From Rhabdothermincola salaria (GTDB taxonomy: Bacteria > Actinomycetota > Acidimicrobiia > Acidimicrobiales > Acidimicrobilacustridaceae), in contig NZ_JAJQXW010000004.1 of assembly GCF_021246445.1 (NCBI RefSeq), forward strand, positions 1 to 64,000: a stretch of DNA of 64,000 bases. Reading direction: 5' to 3'. Numbering within the stretch: position 1 is the stretch's first letter; each line of letters starts with the position of its first letter. Both the position numbers and the translations under genes were made by a program. Below are positions 38,856 through 49,160 of the stretch, piece after piece. The notes under the pieces were generated by a model. That model made no database searches and was not told where the DNA came from. It saw only the letters and a list, made by a program, of their open reading frames with translations.

Positions 38856-41800
38856 TCAGATCAGTGGATCGCCATCGTGGTCACCGCCGCTCGGCAGCGA
38901 CTCGACGGTAACGGAGAGCGCCTCGGCCACGAGTCCGGTGATCTCTCGCAGACCATCGATGTCTCGAGGAGGAGTGCTCGACTTGAGCGGCTTACCCGAG
39001 CGGTCGCTGAGCGTGGCCGCAATGCCGTTCAGGCGCTTTGCCAAGGCCTCTCGCCGCTGGTCGGCATCTGATGCCGAGTCCACCTCGAGACCGGTGATGC
39101 CGGCCGGATGTGGGGCGGTGCCGGTCTCCCGCTCCCCACTTTTCACCCACTCAGAGACCTCCCCGTGGCATCGACCGTCGTGGGTGCTCCCCAGGTCCAT
39201 GAGGCGTTCGTAGGCAGGGAGGACCGAGTGATCCGCTGTGACCGCCAGCCACGTCAGCGGGAAGCTTTCGAGCAATGCTGGGAGCACTTCCTTCGCCGAT
39301 CGCGGTTCACGCCCCTGCGCGCTGAGCAAATAGCGCGGCAGGGCCAGCGGGCCGTCCGGTGACCAGACATGACGCTGCTTCGCCGACCAGAGCTCGTCGG
39401 CGGGCAGGTCGACGTAGCCGAGCGTCGCCGCGAGGAAGTAGCCACTGACGAGGCTCATCAGCTGCTCGCGTGGAAGGGGCACGTACGCCTCGAGGGTGCG
39501 GGACCGTCGGCAGTTCCAGAAGTCGGCGCGACCGACGTCCTGGCCCTGGCGATTTCCCCAATCCTCGGCGATCGGGCCCGTGAATGACTTCAGAGCAGCA
39601 GGGTGGAACTTGATCGTCGGGTAACGGATGACGTCGACGTCGGCTGCCCGGTTCGAGGCGTCGAACACGATGCCGCCGGGATCAATACCTGCCGTCGTGA
39701 GCGCTTGGACGAGAGAGTCGTACAGGGCCGTACCCGGTTCAGCTGCGACAGGGATCGTCGAGACCGATGTGTAGGTGTCTTCACCGGTCGCTCCGTGCAG
39801 CTCGAGGCTCACGTCGGAGTCAACGAAGACGAACGGCCGCGACTTCGACAGCGCCAGCGTGAAGGCATCGAGGAACGCACTCGTGTTCCTCCCCGCTGCT
39901 GCCTGGTCGTTAAGAAACTCGGCGAGTGATTCGGCGAGGAATTCGCTGACAGGGCCCTGCCGCTCGGCCAACCATTGCGCAGCACGCCTCGGTAGCTGAT
40001 CCGCGGTGAGCCCGATGCGGAACTCAGCCGTCGAGGCTGCGGCATCCGCCCAGCGAGCTGCTCCCGCCTGTGGCTCCCAGCTGGCCATCGAGCTGATCAG
40101 GGTCTGCCCATGCGGGGCACCGTCATACGCAGGCCAATCACCGGTGATGATCTCCTCTGCACCCTTCTTGACCGCATCGATTGCTTGGGTGCCCTCGAAC
40201 AGCTCGCTGAGCAGCCGTTCGAGTGTGGCGGGGAATCCGCTGGCTGGCTCGATGAGGAGCTCGTTGGCTGCCGGTTGCAGATGGGGTGGCACTTCGTTGG
40301 AGCTCCACCTCAGCATCAGCGACTTGGTGGGCTCCTGCGTTGCAGAGACCTGCAGCCGGTCCAAGAACCCCTTCAGCGACGTGCGGAGGGGCGGAAGGAG
40401 GTTGGCCCGGACGTCGGTCAGGAGTTCGGCGGCGAGCGACGCGGTCTCGGCCTCGAACCGCATGAGGAGCGCAGACCCGCGGAGCTGGCTGCTCTTGTCA
40501 TGCTCCTCCGCGTTGCCCTTGAACTCGGCCACGAAATTCAGCAGGACGCTCTTGGCGTTGCTCGAGTACTTGCGCTCCTTCTCGCGGTGCTCATCGACCT
40601 CTCTACGGAGGTCTGCGATCGAGTTCTCGATGTCCTCGTCGAGCCGCTGCAGGAGCCGCAACGCTACGGGCACGCCGTAGGTAGCGACCTCCTGCACGAC
40701 GGCGTCGACGAGGCGGACCTGGATGGTGTCGGTCCACTCCTTGGCCCGACGATGTCGCTCGCTCGTCTCGAACTGTTCGAGTTTGAGCGCAGGAGTCTTG
40801 AACTCGCCCTCGTGCGCGGTCAGCCAGTCCTTGCCGGTGAACTTGTTGACCCTGCCGCGAATCGATTCGAGCACGTCGTTCTTCATGGCCTGGACGCGGT
40901 CCTTCACCTCGTCGAGGTTCCGTAGCGCGTCGATGACCTGGTTGGACTCGGAACCCAGTTCGTTGAGGCCCGTTGCGGCTAGGAATCCGCCGTCCCAACG
41001 AGCATCGACCGCCCGGGCAAGTCGGACCTCAGATGGCACATCTGGGTCCCGCTCATCGTGGCCGGCGACGAGTCGGTCGTAGACGCGGCGGGCCATCCGC
41101 TCGGCCGCGTACTGCTGGAAGAGGTGGCGGCCGAGGCCCACCACTGCATATCCGACCGAGGTGCAAGCCGCTGCCTCCCCGAGGCTGCGCCGCACCGGCG
41201 TCACCGCAGCATTGACGTCGATGTACTGGTCGAGCGGCTGCTGGTGCCGGGGGCTCAGCGCGAGCGCTCCGAGCATTCGACCGACGGCCTCGTACACCTC
41301 TCGGACCGAACCGAAGGTCACATCGCCGTTCGATGCGCCGACGACGAAGTTCGAGCGACCCAGGCGGGCGCCCGCGACATCTCGGAGAGGGCCGCTGCGA
41401 AGCTCCTGTTCCGGGGAAGGAAGAATCCCTGTGCTCTCGGACGCATTGACCAGCTCGGCGAGCGCCGCAAGGGCGTTCGGGTAGATGCCTGCGTCCGGTC
41501 CGAGGTTGGTGAACACGTCGGGAGCCAGGAGGATCGTTTGTGGGTCCGCGTTGCCACCGAAAGCTGTCGTCGCCTTGCTGACCGATTCCACGACGTCCAG
41601 GAAGATCCCCGAACCGGATCCACCGGCCAACGACCCCACCACAACAACGTGGCCGGAGCCACCGAACACGTCGCCGTCGGACAGCGTGGTCGCCAGCTGC
41701 CGCAGGTCGCTGTGCGCGTCTCCCTCGACCAGGGCGTCCATGGCTTGGGTGACCGCGGCCGAGATCTGCTCGTGCTGTAGCACCGAAACGACGCGCCCGA

Positions 41801-42164
41801 CGGCACGCCGTTGGCCGGCCCCCTTGCCGGGACTAGGGATGCGCTTCGGATCCCAGGGGCGCCACCGAACCAGACCCTCGACGCGGGTTCCCTCGGCCGC
41901 TCGTCGGTCCCAGTTCGCGTAGGGCACATCCTTGCTTCCAAGTCCCAGGTAGTGGGTGGTCTCGAGGTCCTTGACGATGGGGATGTCTGTCTCAGCACCC
42001 CCGTCGTACTCATAGGGGAGGTCGATGTGCAGGAAGCCGAAGCAGCGCGGCAGGTGTGCCTTGTCCCAGCCGTTGGCCACAAGACGGCGGTCCAGCTCAC
42101 GCCAGACGTATCGCAGGGTCTTGCCGCCGGAGCCGCCAACACCGATGAAGAGATAGGGCTGCAC
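38856..42164 (-). CDS. Tubulin-like (FtsZ-like, Tubulin_2) GTPase with long helical extension
   Basis: IGVGGSGGK, GAGQRRAVGR, GSLAGGSGSG. Confidence 0.9.
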   Translation of the reverse strand: MQPYLFIGVGGSGGKTLRYVWRELDRRLVANGWDKAHLPRCFGFLHIDLPYEYDGGAETDIPIVKDLETTHYLGLGSKDVPYANWDRRAAEGTRVEGLVRWRPWDPKRIPSPGKGAGQRRAVGRVVSVLQHEQISAAVTQAMDALVEGDAHSDLRQLATTLSDGDVFGGSGHVVVVGSLAGGSGSGIFLDVVESVSKATTAFGGNADPQTILLAPDVFTNLGPDAGIYPNALAALAELVNASESTGILPSPEQELRSGPLRDVAGARLGRSNFVVGASNGDVTFGSVREVYEAVGRMLGALALSPRHQQPLDQYIDVNAAVTPVRRSLGEAAACTSVGYAVVGLGRHLFQQYAAERMARRVYDRLVAGHDERDPDVPSEVRLARAVDARWDGGFLAATGLNELGSESNQVIDALRNLDEVKDRVQAMKNDVLESIRGRVNKFTGKDWLTAHEGEFKTPALKLEQFETSERHRRAKEWTDTIQVRLVDAVVQEVATYGVPVALRLLQRLDEDIENSIADLRREVDEHREKERKYSSNAKSVLLNFVAEFKGNAEEHDKSSQLRGSALLMRFEAETASLAAELLTDVRANLLPPLRTSLKGFLDRLQVSATQEPTKSLMLRWSSNEVPPHLQPAANELLIEPASGFPATLERLLSELFEGTQAIDAVKKGAEEIITGDWPAYDGAPHGQTLISSMASWEPQAGAARWADAAASTAEFRIGLTADQLPRRAAQWLAERQGPVSEFLAESLAEFLNDQAAAGRNTSAFLDAFTLALSKSRPFVFVDSDVSLELHGATGEDTYTSVSTIPVAAEPGTALYDSLVQALTTAGIDPGGIVFDASNRAADVDVIRYPTIKFHPAALKSFTGPIAEDWGNRQGQDVGRADFWNCRRSRTLEAYVPLPREQLMSLVSGYFLAATLGYVDLPADELWSAKQRHVWSPDGPLALPRYLLSAQGREPRSAKEVLPALLESFPLTWLAVTADHSVLPAYERLMDLGSTHDGRCHGEVSEWVKSGERETGTAPHPAGITGLEVDSASDADQRREALAKRLNGIAATLSDRSGKPLKSSTPPRDIDGLREITGLVAEALSVTVESLPSGGDHDGDPLI

Positions 42165-42181
42165 GAAGTCCTCCAGATTGC

Positions 42182-44860
42182 CTATGAGATGGGAAGGTCG
42201 GGATCGTCGTCACCCAGATCGTCGATGACGGCGTTGTCGGAGTCCGGTGTCGATGACTTCGACAACGTGGGACCCCACCGCCGGCCTGGCCGCTTGACCG
42301 CAGGCCGACGCTGGGTGAGCTGGGACGCGGCCTCGGCGATGCGCTCCTCGGCATGAACGGCTAGGCGTTCGGCGTCGGTGTCGAAGTGAGCGCCGTCCGC
42401 AACGATGTAGGTCAACGACCCGTGCATCGTTCCCGGGCCTTCGCCGGTGTCGTCCTCATCGCTGGTGATCGAACGCAGGGCGAAGATCCACGTGGACGCC
42501 ATGGCCAGGGGTATCTGGTGGGATGGCTCGTCGGGGTAGGACCTGAGTGGAAGGCCCGGCGAACCAGCCACGAGCGGGAGACCACTCGGGTGCGACACCG
42601 TTGCTTCGCCACCCGCGAAGAGCCCAGCGATCGCACGCCAGATCGTGGTGCCGAACCGCCGCTGAGCCTGAAGCTGTCCAACCGACACAGAGGGCACACC
42701 TCGCTTCCGCTCGCTGGTGGCGTCCAGAACGACGAAGTCATCGGGAACCAAGGGCGAGTCACCACTGGGCTCCAGGCCTCGGGCGATACTCCACGTCACG
42801 TCCGCCGCCGCCCATCGAAGCAGCTGGGGAGGTCCGAGCAGGGTGCTTCGCCTGGCTGTGAGGACGAGCACCCCGATCGGGATCCCGACGCCCAGCAACA
42901 TCAGCAGGCTGAAGATCACCCAGCGACGGAGCTCGTTGAGCGGCGGCCGCATGTCGAATTCGACTTCAACTGGCACTCGTCGGATCTCTTCGCTCGCGTC
43001 GCTCTTCAGGAAGACGGCAACTTCGCCCGTGGCCACCCCGGCTGCCGACCTCGTCGGCTCGACGGTGATCTCAACCTGGCGACGCTCCCCCGTGGGGATC
43101 GGGAGACACGACGACTCGGCCGGCGGAGCTGGTGACAAGAGGATCGGCACCTCCTCAGTCGCGGCGTCGGCGGCCTCGGCCGGGAGCGTGACGGGACCGC
43201 CTTCGATCCACACGCATCCGTCGCTGATGTCACTGCCGGCGATGGTGAGAGTTCCCGTCGTCGCGGAACTCCCCCGAACTCCCGGAAGACGCAAGGGGAC
43301 CGGACTGACAGATGGATAGGTGGCAGGCGGGAGGACATCGACGGTGACGGTTCGTCCAGCCACTGAAACGTCGGTCCCGTCCGGTGGCGCGACCGTGGCT
43401 TCGAGCACCACCTCGATCGACGATCCCTCGAAGTCCTCGGGGATCGCGATCGTCGTCTCGAATCGACCGTCGGTTCCAGTCACGGCGAGTGGTTCAGTGT
43501 CGCCAGTCTCGGGATTCCGAAGGCTTGCCGTGATCGATGACCCGGCGAGCACAGGCGAGGCATCGATCGGGCTTCCATCGAGCCGTTCGAAGCCGACCTC
43601 GACGTTGACTCGCTCACCGGCACGCAGGGTCGGATCGGCGCGAAAGCCGGGGACGATGTCAGCCCGAAGTCGGACGTCGATCCTGCCTGCCGCGCCCGGG
43701 TCTGGCGGCCCGTCGGTGACGAAGCGGAGGGACCACTGCCCCACGATGGAAGCCCCAGCCGATTCGTCGGCCGTCACCTCTGCCTGGCGATCCCCGAACC
43801 AACGCACTCTGACCTCGGTGTCCGCGAGCTTCGTCTCGCGGTTGTCGCCAGGTTGCACCATGACGGTGGCCCCCGACGGAGAGGTCAGTTCGAAGGCCGT
43901 CCCTTGAGTGGGCGTCTGTGCCCGTAGCGCGAAGCCGTTGAAGCCATCAGGAACGGCGAAATCGCACTGCGGCGAGTCGGGTGTCGGGCAGAACAACTCG
44001 AAGAGCGCAGGATCGATCGCGCCCAGCTGGAAGAAGAGATCGTCCGCGTTCAACGCGGTGAGGAAGAGACCCGTGGCCTCGGACCCAGTGGTTCCGCATG
44101 TCTCGCCACCTGCTTGGCCGACGGTCAGCGCCTCGAGGAAGCGCAACGACCCGTCGTCGAGCCCTGAAGCGAGGCCAACCGAGATGGTCACGACGCCGTC
44201 AGACCGAAGACCGTCGGTCACGCCACCGTCGGCGCAGAGCAGCTGGCGACCAGCAGCCTCGTCGGCGTCGAGGGCTAGGTCGTATCGGCCATCGGTGAAG
44301 AAGACGAGGAGCTTGCACGGAGGCGGCCCTCCGTCGGCGGTGAGCTCGGACGACTGGATCGCGAGGTCGCGGCGCGCGCCACTCAGTGCCGACAAGTAGT
44401 CGGTGAAGGCACCGCCGTCTCGATCGGCCAACTCGCCCGCCTGACCACTCAGTTGGTCGAAGGTCGTCTCGTCGAGAACGTTCCAGGCGGGCTCTGCATC
44501 CGCGCTTTCGGGGACCAAGGGCTGGTAGCCCTCGGCGAACGTCACCACGCGGACGAGCACCTCGAGGTCATTTCCGCCGGGCTGTTGAGACGTCAAGCCG
44601 GCAAGTCCGCTGAGTAGCGCCCGAACACCCGGAACTCGCTGATCGTCAGGGTCGGTGTCCCTGAGCGATCCCGATTCGTCGACCACCACCAGCGCGAGCA
44701 GTCGCGCGGTGCCGTTCGACTGCTCGAGACAGGAACGAAGTGTCGCAAGGGCGGGTGGCACGGCGGGTTGCTGCTGGGCTTGGGCCGGTGCTGTGCCAGT
44801 GAGTGCCGCCGTCGCGAGCAACGTCACCACCATGGCCAGAAGCGCGAGTCTGACCCTCAT
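42182..44860 (-). CDS. Exported vWA domain protein with late TM anchor
   Basis: Signal peptide; MIDAS DESGS, TDY, FFTDG; one TM helix followed by a cytoplasmic tail. Confidence 0.88.
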   Translation of the reverse strand: MRVRLALLAMVVTLLATAALTGTAPAQAQQQPAVPPALATLRSCLEQSNGTARLLALVVVDESGSLRDTDPDDQRVPGVRALLSGLAGLTSQQPGGNDLEVLVRVVTFAEGYQPLVPESADAEPAWNVLDETTFDQLSGQAGELADRDGGAFTDYLSALSGARRDLAIQSSELTADGGPPPCKLLVFFTDGRYDLALDADEAAGRQLLCADGGVTDGLRSDGVVTISVGLASGLDDGSLRFLEALTVGQAGGETCGTTGSEATGLFLTALNADDLFFQLGAIDPALFELFCPTPDSPQCDFAVPDGFNGFALRAQTPTQGTAFELTSPSGATVMVQPGDNRETKLADTEVRVRWFGDRQAEVTADESAGASIVGQWSLRFVTDGPPDPGAAGRIDVRLRADIVPGFRADPTLRAGERVNVEVGFERLDGSPIDASPVLAGSSITASLRNPETGDTEPLAVTGTDGRFETTIAIPEDFEGSSIEVVLEATVAPPDGTDVSVAGRTVTVDVLPPATYPSVSPVPLRLPGVRGSSATTGTLTIAGSDISDGCVWIEGGPVTLPAEAADAATEEVPILLSPAPPAESSCLPIPTGERRQVEITVEPTRSAAGVATGEVAVFLKSDASEEIRRVPVEVEFDMRPPLNELRRWVIFSLLMLLGVGIPIGVLVLTARRSTLLGPPQLLRWAAADVTWSIARGLEPSGDSPLVPDDFVVLDATSERKRGVPSVSVGQLQAQRRFGTTIWRAIAGLFAGGEATVSHPSGLPLVAGSPGLPLRSYPDEPSHQIPLAMASTWIFALRSITSDEDDTGEGPGTMHGSLTYIVADGAHFDTDAERLAVHAEERIAEAASQLTQRRPAVKRPGRRWGPTLSKSSTPDSDNAVIDDLGDDDPDLPIS

Positions 44861-45159
44861 GACAGCTCCCAGGCGACGAAGCTCGCATGGAGGATCGAGA
44901 TGGCGAAGCCGACTGCGACCAAGGCCACGCTCGCGACCGTCTGCCACTGCGGGGGCACTCGGCCTGTCTGCGCGCTCCACCGCGTCGTCGCACTGCGGTT
45001 CATCGCGACGAGGGTCGTGGCGACCGGTCCGGCCAAGAACCATCCGATGGCCCGCACCGCCACGTCATCGCTCACGAACGCGAGCGCTGCGATCATGACG
45101 GCCACGACCGCGCCCGCGAGCAGGAGGAGTCGGCTCTCAGTGAATCGGGAGCTCATCAT
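44857..45159 (-). CDS. Small 3-TM membrane protein
   Basis: Hydrophobic; ATGA overlap with the vWA gene. Confidence 0.7.
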   Translation of the reverse strand: MMSSRFTESRLLLLAGAVVAVMIAALAFVSDDVAVRAIGWFLAGPVATTLVAMNRSATTRWSAQTGRVPPQWQTVASVALVAVGFAISILHASFVAWELS

Positions 45160-45433
45160 CCCCACTTTCGAGAGACGCGACTGTCGGTCCGATCGCTGCG
45201 ACATCTGCACCACCGACACCGGGAACTCTCCTCAACCCGCTCCGCACCGCCCCGGGGCGGACCAACACCACCACCCAGCCGATCGGACCCAAGAGCGCTC
45301 CCCAGAGGAACCCACTGAGTGCTGTCCTGCCACGCCGACGAGCGAGGATGGCGCCGGTCCCACCGAAGACCACAAGCCACACGGCGACCACGAGCAGCAG
45401 GACCACCGCCAGAACGCTGAGCGCAGTGCTCAT
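45137..45433 (-). CDS. Small membrane protein
   Basis: ARRRGR..GFLWGALLGPIGW motif. Confidence 0.7.
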   Translation of the reverse strand: MSTALSVLAVVLLLVVAVWLVVFGGTGAILARRRGRTALSGFLWGALLGPIGWVVVLVRPGAVRSGLRRVPGVGGADVAAIGPTVASLESGDDELPIH

Positions 45434-46482
45434 CGGATCTCACGTTCGGACCAGTAGACGATCGCCATGCCGCAAGCGGCAGCAACGCACCCAGTGGCGA
45501 ACATGAGCCACGCACCCCAACGGACCTCGACCGACGGCCCGTACCGCTCCACAGTCGATGGCAAGTACTGGTTCACCTTGACGCGAGCCAGCGTCGACGT
45601 TGCGAGAAGTGCGAGCGCCGCGAGAAACGACAACGCCCACCCAGACACAACGAGCACGAGCGCCGCGACGAGGTTCCGTTGGACTGTGAGGACGACGGCT
45701 GCCGCACCCAAGGCCACAACGGCGATCAGACTCCCCGGACCCACGAAGGGCAGCGACCATCCAGGCACCTCGATGCGCTCGATGCCGGCCGAGCCTGCCG
45801 CCCATGGCTGGTAACGCGACCACGCAGCAACACAGACCGAGACCCCGACGAGGATGAACGCTGCCAGCCAGCGAAGCGGAAGGCGTTGGACTCCCATCCA
45901 CACCTTGTGTGCCACCCCGATAGCGCCGCCATCGATTCGCGAAGTGACGACCAAGGCGAGGCTCGCGAACGCGGCCATCCAGATCCCAAGCCCGCCGTAG
46001 ACATCCACCGTGAGTCGCCGAACCGACGTCGGCAGGAACGAAGTCGGGATCAGGCTGGCGGCGACCTCCTCGAGTATCAACAACAGCGCGGCGAGCACCA
46101 GGACGACGGAGCCGGCGATCGCAGGAACGGCGAGGGGCCAGCGATCCAGAACCAAGCCCTCGATCAGAACCCCGAGCAGAGCGCAGGCCACCAAGGCCAA
46201 CAGGACGTAACGCAGGATCGGCACCTCGAGGCCCGCGAATCGAGATGTGCTCGAACCGGTTCGGACCGAGAGCCACACCGCCGTCAGGGACCCCGCCAAG
46301 AGCGCGACGAGCGGGATCAACGAAGCGCTCGCAAGGCGCGAAGAGACGGCACCAGCCGACGTTCCTGCCGTCTCGCAGGTCGACGGCAGAGCAGCGTCCC
46401 GGAGCTGGGGCTCCTTCAGCCTGATGTAGCTGCTCCCGTCCACTTCACATCCCGTCTCGTTGAGCGTCCCGCCTCGCCCCAA
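45430..46482 (-). CDS. Polytopic membrane protein with an internal duplication (start uncertain)
   Basis: About 8 TM segments in two similar halves (..GLGIW / ..RWGAW). Confidence 0.7.
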   Translation of the reverse strand: MGRGGTLNETGCEVDGSSYIRLKEPQLRDAALPSTCETAGTSAGAVSSRLASASLIPLVALLAGSLTAVWLSVRTGSSTSRFAGLEVPILRYVLLALVACALLGVLIEGLVLDRWPLAVPAIAGSVVLVLAALLLILEEVAASLIPTSFLPTSVRRLTVDVYGGLGIWMAAFASLALVVTSRIDGGAIGVAHKVWMGVQRLPLRWLAAFILVGVSVCVAAWSRYQPWAAGSAGIERIEVPGWSLPFVGPGSLIAVVALGAAAVVLTVQRNLVAALVLVVSGWALSFLAALALLATSTLARVKVNQYLPSTVERYGPSVEVRWGAWLMFATGCVAAACGMAIVYWSEREIR

Positions 46483-46707
46483 GGGACCGAAGGCTGCTTT
46501 CTATCGTAGGAAGCCGGTTTGTGCAGTCAGAGGGGCACGAGTGAACACGCCAAGCGAGCTCGGACCGCTCGCCACCACTGCACTTGCAGTTGACGAGGTC
46601 GTGCCAACGCATGTCCACCGTGCCACCTGCCCGCCGTTCTGGATCTGACCGGTCACTTGTCGAGTGGGAACCTACAAGGCTGATTGAGCCTCGCTCGGCG
46701 TATGGGC

Positions 46708-47466
46708 CTACCGGCGTGAGACTCCGTGCGAAATGCCACCGTCGTCGCGGTCGACTTCCGTCGAGGGCGTTGAGTGGCGACCGAGGAGCGTCAGCACGAA
46801 GTCGCGGACATCAGGCCATCTCGGCGCGCGATGAACGCGCGTCGCCGTCGACAAGTTCTCCGTTCCCTCGAATCCGCTACAAGCCACCTCAACCCGAAAG
46901 GCGTCGACGGTACGGCGTGGCAGGTGCAACGACTTGATGCCGATTCCAGGTCGAAGGAGCCCCGAGAGCGCCGAGCGTTGGTACAGCCCGACCGCCTGGT
47001 TGGTGTGCGCCCGATGTGATCCGTACTGCCGAAGGACCGCGTCATCGGGACGCTGCGGAACGTGGTCGGGCTGGGGGTCGAGTAGAGCGGCGACCAGCCG
47101 ATCCGGGTCATTGACCTCCCATCGGTGGTAGAGCCAGTCGGCTTTGGCCTGATGGATCCTCAGCTGGATCAGGGGGTGCTGGCAATGAGGGGTGATGGCA
47201 AAGGTCCGCACCGGCAGATCTCCGAGGCGGTCGAGCGCGGAGATGCCGGAGAAGACGTCGGTGCCGATCTCTGCCGGAGCGTTCTCGTCGAAGACGTCAA
47301 CGATGGCGACGTCGATCCCCTCCCACCGTTCGAGTGGCCACTGGACGGCCTCGTCCTGGTCGATGACGTGGACGACCCCGATCCGTGGGTCGGCATCGAG
47401 TTCCTGAGCCATCGCCGTTCTCTTCCAGTGATCGTCATCGATCACGACCACTCTCAATGCCCGCAC
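46708..47466 (-). CDS. Atypical response regulator, paralog 2
   Basis: Clearly homologous to 25702-26451 (GTDVFSGI, FAITPHCQHP, ADWLYHRWE, RAPRWPD). Confidence 0.8.
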   Translation of the reverse strand: MRALRVVVIDDDHWKRTAMAQELDADPRIGVVHVIDQDEAVQWPLERWEGIDVAIVDVFDENAPAEIGTDVFSGISALDRLGDLPVRTFAITPHCQHPLIQLRIHQAKADWLYHRWEVNDPDRLVAALLDPQPDHVPQRPDDAVLRQYGSHRAHTNQAVGLYQRSALSGLLRPGIGIKSLHLPRRTVDAFRVEVACSGFEGTENLSTATRVHRAPRWPDVRDFVLTLLGRHSTPSTEVDRDDGGISHGVSRR

Positions 47467-47564
47467 GGCGGAGATGGTAGGGCGAAGAAGGTTCCCACCG
47501 CCGGAACTCGTTGCGAAGCGAGACGGGGCAGGTGGCTTTCTCGGCATGTCTCGACCGGGGGGGT

Positions 47565-48437
47565 TCAGCCGATGTGGCGGGCGTCGAACGCCTGCCACAC
47601 GGCGGATCGGACGACGCGATTGTCGCGAAGGAGTTCGAGCCCGAGCGGAATCCGGACAGGGTCAGAGGTGAACAACGCGACGCGCGCTTCGTGAATTGTC
47701 AGCAGCCGCTGGCGTTCGCCGTCATCGAGCAGGTGCATCGGAAGTCGGATGACCGCCTCGCCCGCCGTCTCAACGAAGCCAGCAAGGTCGAGCAGCGCGG
47801 AGCGAGCGCCGGCGCCTCGTTCGGGATCAGACGCAAGGTGGGCGAGAAGGTTGAGGGCCAGCTCGAAGGCCGCCCGATGATGCTGGCGGCTCGCAACCTG
47901 CCCGTCGTGGGCATTGGCCGGCGACGCGGCGTCGCGAAGCGCATCGACGAGACCGAGCCGATACGCGGTCCGGAGGATCTGCTCGGCTGCGCTACTGAGG
48001 GACAACAGGAGCCGGTGCGAGCGAACACCGGTGCGGCACAGGTCGGTGAGCTGGCTGGCGGCGTCGGCATCTCCTCGTTGGGCGGCGGACTCCAGTGATT
48101 CGAGGAGGACGTCAAGGCGAGCTTGAACGAGATCGATCAGTTGGTCGCCCACCACCCGCTCGTCGAAGTACTCGATGAGCACGGGATCCTTCACTCCGTC
48201 AGCACCAGCTATGCCGGCCACCCCTTCGCGGGCGTACTCGATGATCAGGTCGATATCGGCGATGCTCGCCGGGCTGAACCGGACGAAACGAATTGTCGTT
48301 TCGCAGATCTTCTCCACGCCCTACAACGGCAGGAGCACGCCGCGCCGAAAGGCCGACTGTGCGTCATCGATGAGCTCGGCTGCCTCGTTGAGGTCCAGCC
48401 CCCACGTCTCTTCGCCCGGTGCCATTTGACCGGCCAT
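47565..48437 (-). pseudogene. Hypothetical helical protein interrupted by an in-frame TAG
   Basis: GAGAGG RBS and ATG at 48437, 38 codons, TAG at 48321-48323, then the same frame continues for about 250 codons. Confidence 0.55.
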
Positions 48438-48566
48438 AGTGCATACCTCTCTGAACGACGGATCAGCGCCCGGGCACGGATGCCGTCCACCCGACTACAA
48501 CGCTTAACCTCCCACGTCGACGTGCCCACTCAAACCCCGCTGTTCGCGCACGAGCGTCGATACCAA

Positions 48567-49160
48567 CTAGCTGAGGAGACACTCCTCCAGGTGCTCCGGG
48601 GAGGTGACCAGGATCGTCTTCCACCCGAGGTCAGCCGGGACCGTGAGGTTGCGTTCCTGGTCGTCGGCGAAGACCTTCCGTGCGTCGGGACCGAAGTGGC
48701 GGGCGATCCTCGAGCTGACTTCGTGGTAGAAGGACGCGTCGGGCTTGCAGACTCCGATTGCAGACGAACAGACGATCCGGTCCGGGTCGAGGTTCACCGA
48801 CGCCGCCGCCAGCGCCGGCATGAGCCACTCAGTCCGGTGGTTGCTGGCGAGCAATAAGCGATCGAGGTGCTGCGCAGCAAAGGCCGCGCCAGGCAGCGGC
48901 ATGCTCGCTACGACGATCCGGGCGTCCATCTCCGCCGCTGGGGGGAAGCGACGATCGGCATGGGCTGCCAGCGCAGGCCAGAACTCCTTCGTCGAGATCT
49001 GACCCCGCCACAAGCTGTCCCGGAGCCCCGAGCCACGGTACGCGGTCTGCAGGGAGTGCTCATTGGACCCACACTCGATAGCCAGCTCGCGCAGTACTTC
49101 CCGCATGGCGTCCACGAGGATGACGCCGCCGACGTCCAGGACCAAGACGGGCGTACTCAT
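48567..49160 (-). CDS. HAD-family hydrolase
   Basis: LDVGGV, ASNH, KPD, FADDQERN..LGW. Confidence 0.88.
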   Translation of the reverse strand: MSTPVLVLDVGGVILVDAMREVLRELAIECGSNEHSLQTAYRGSGLRDSLWRGQISTKEFWPALAAHADRRFPPAAEMDARIVVASMPLPGAAFAAQHLDRLLLASNHRTEWLMPALAAASVNLDPDRIVCSSAIGVCKPDASFYHEVSSRIARHFGPDARKVFADDQERNLTVPADLGWKTILVTSPEHLEECLLS

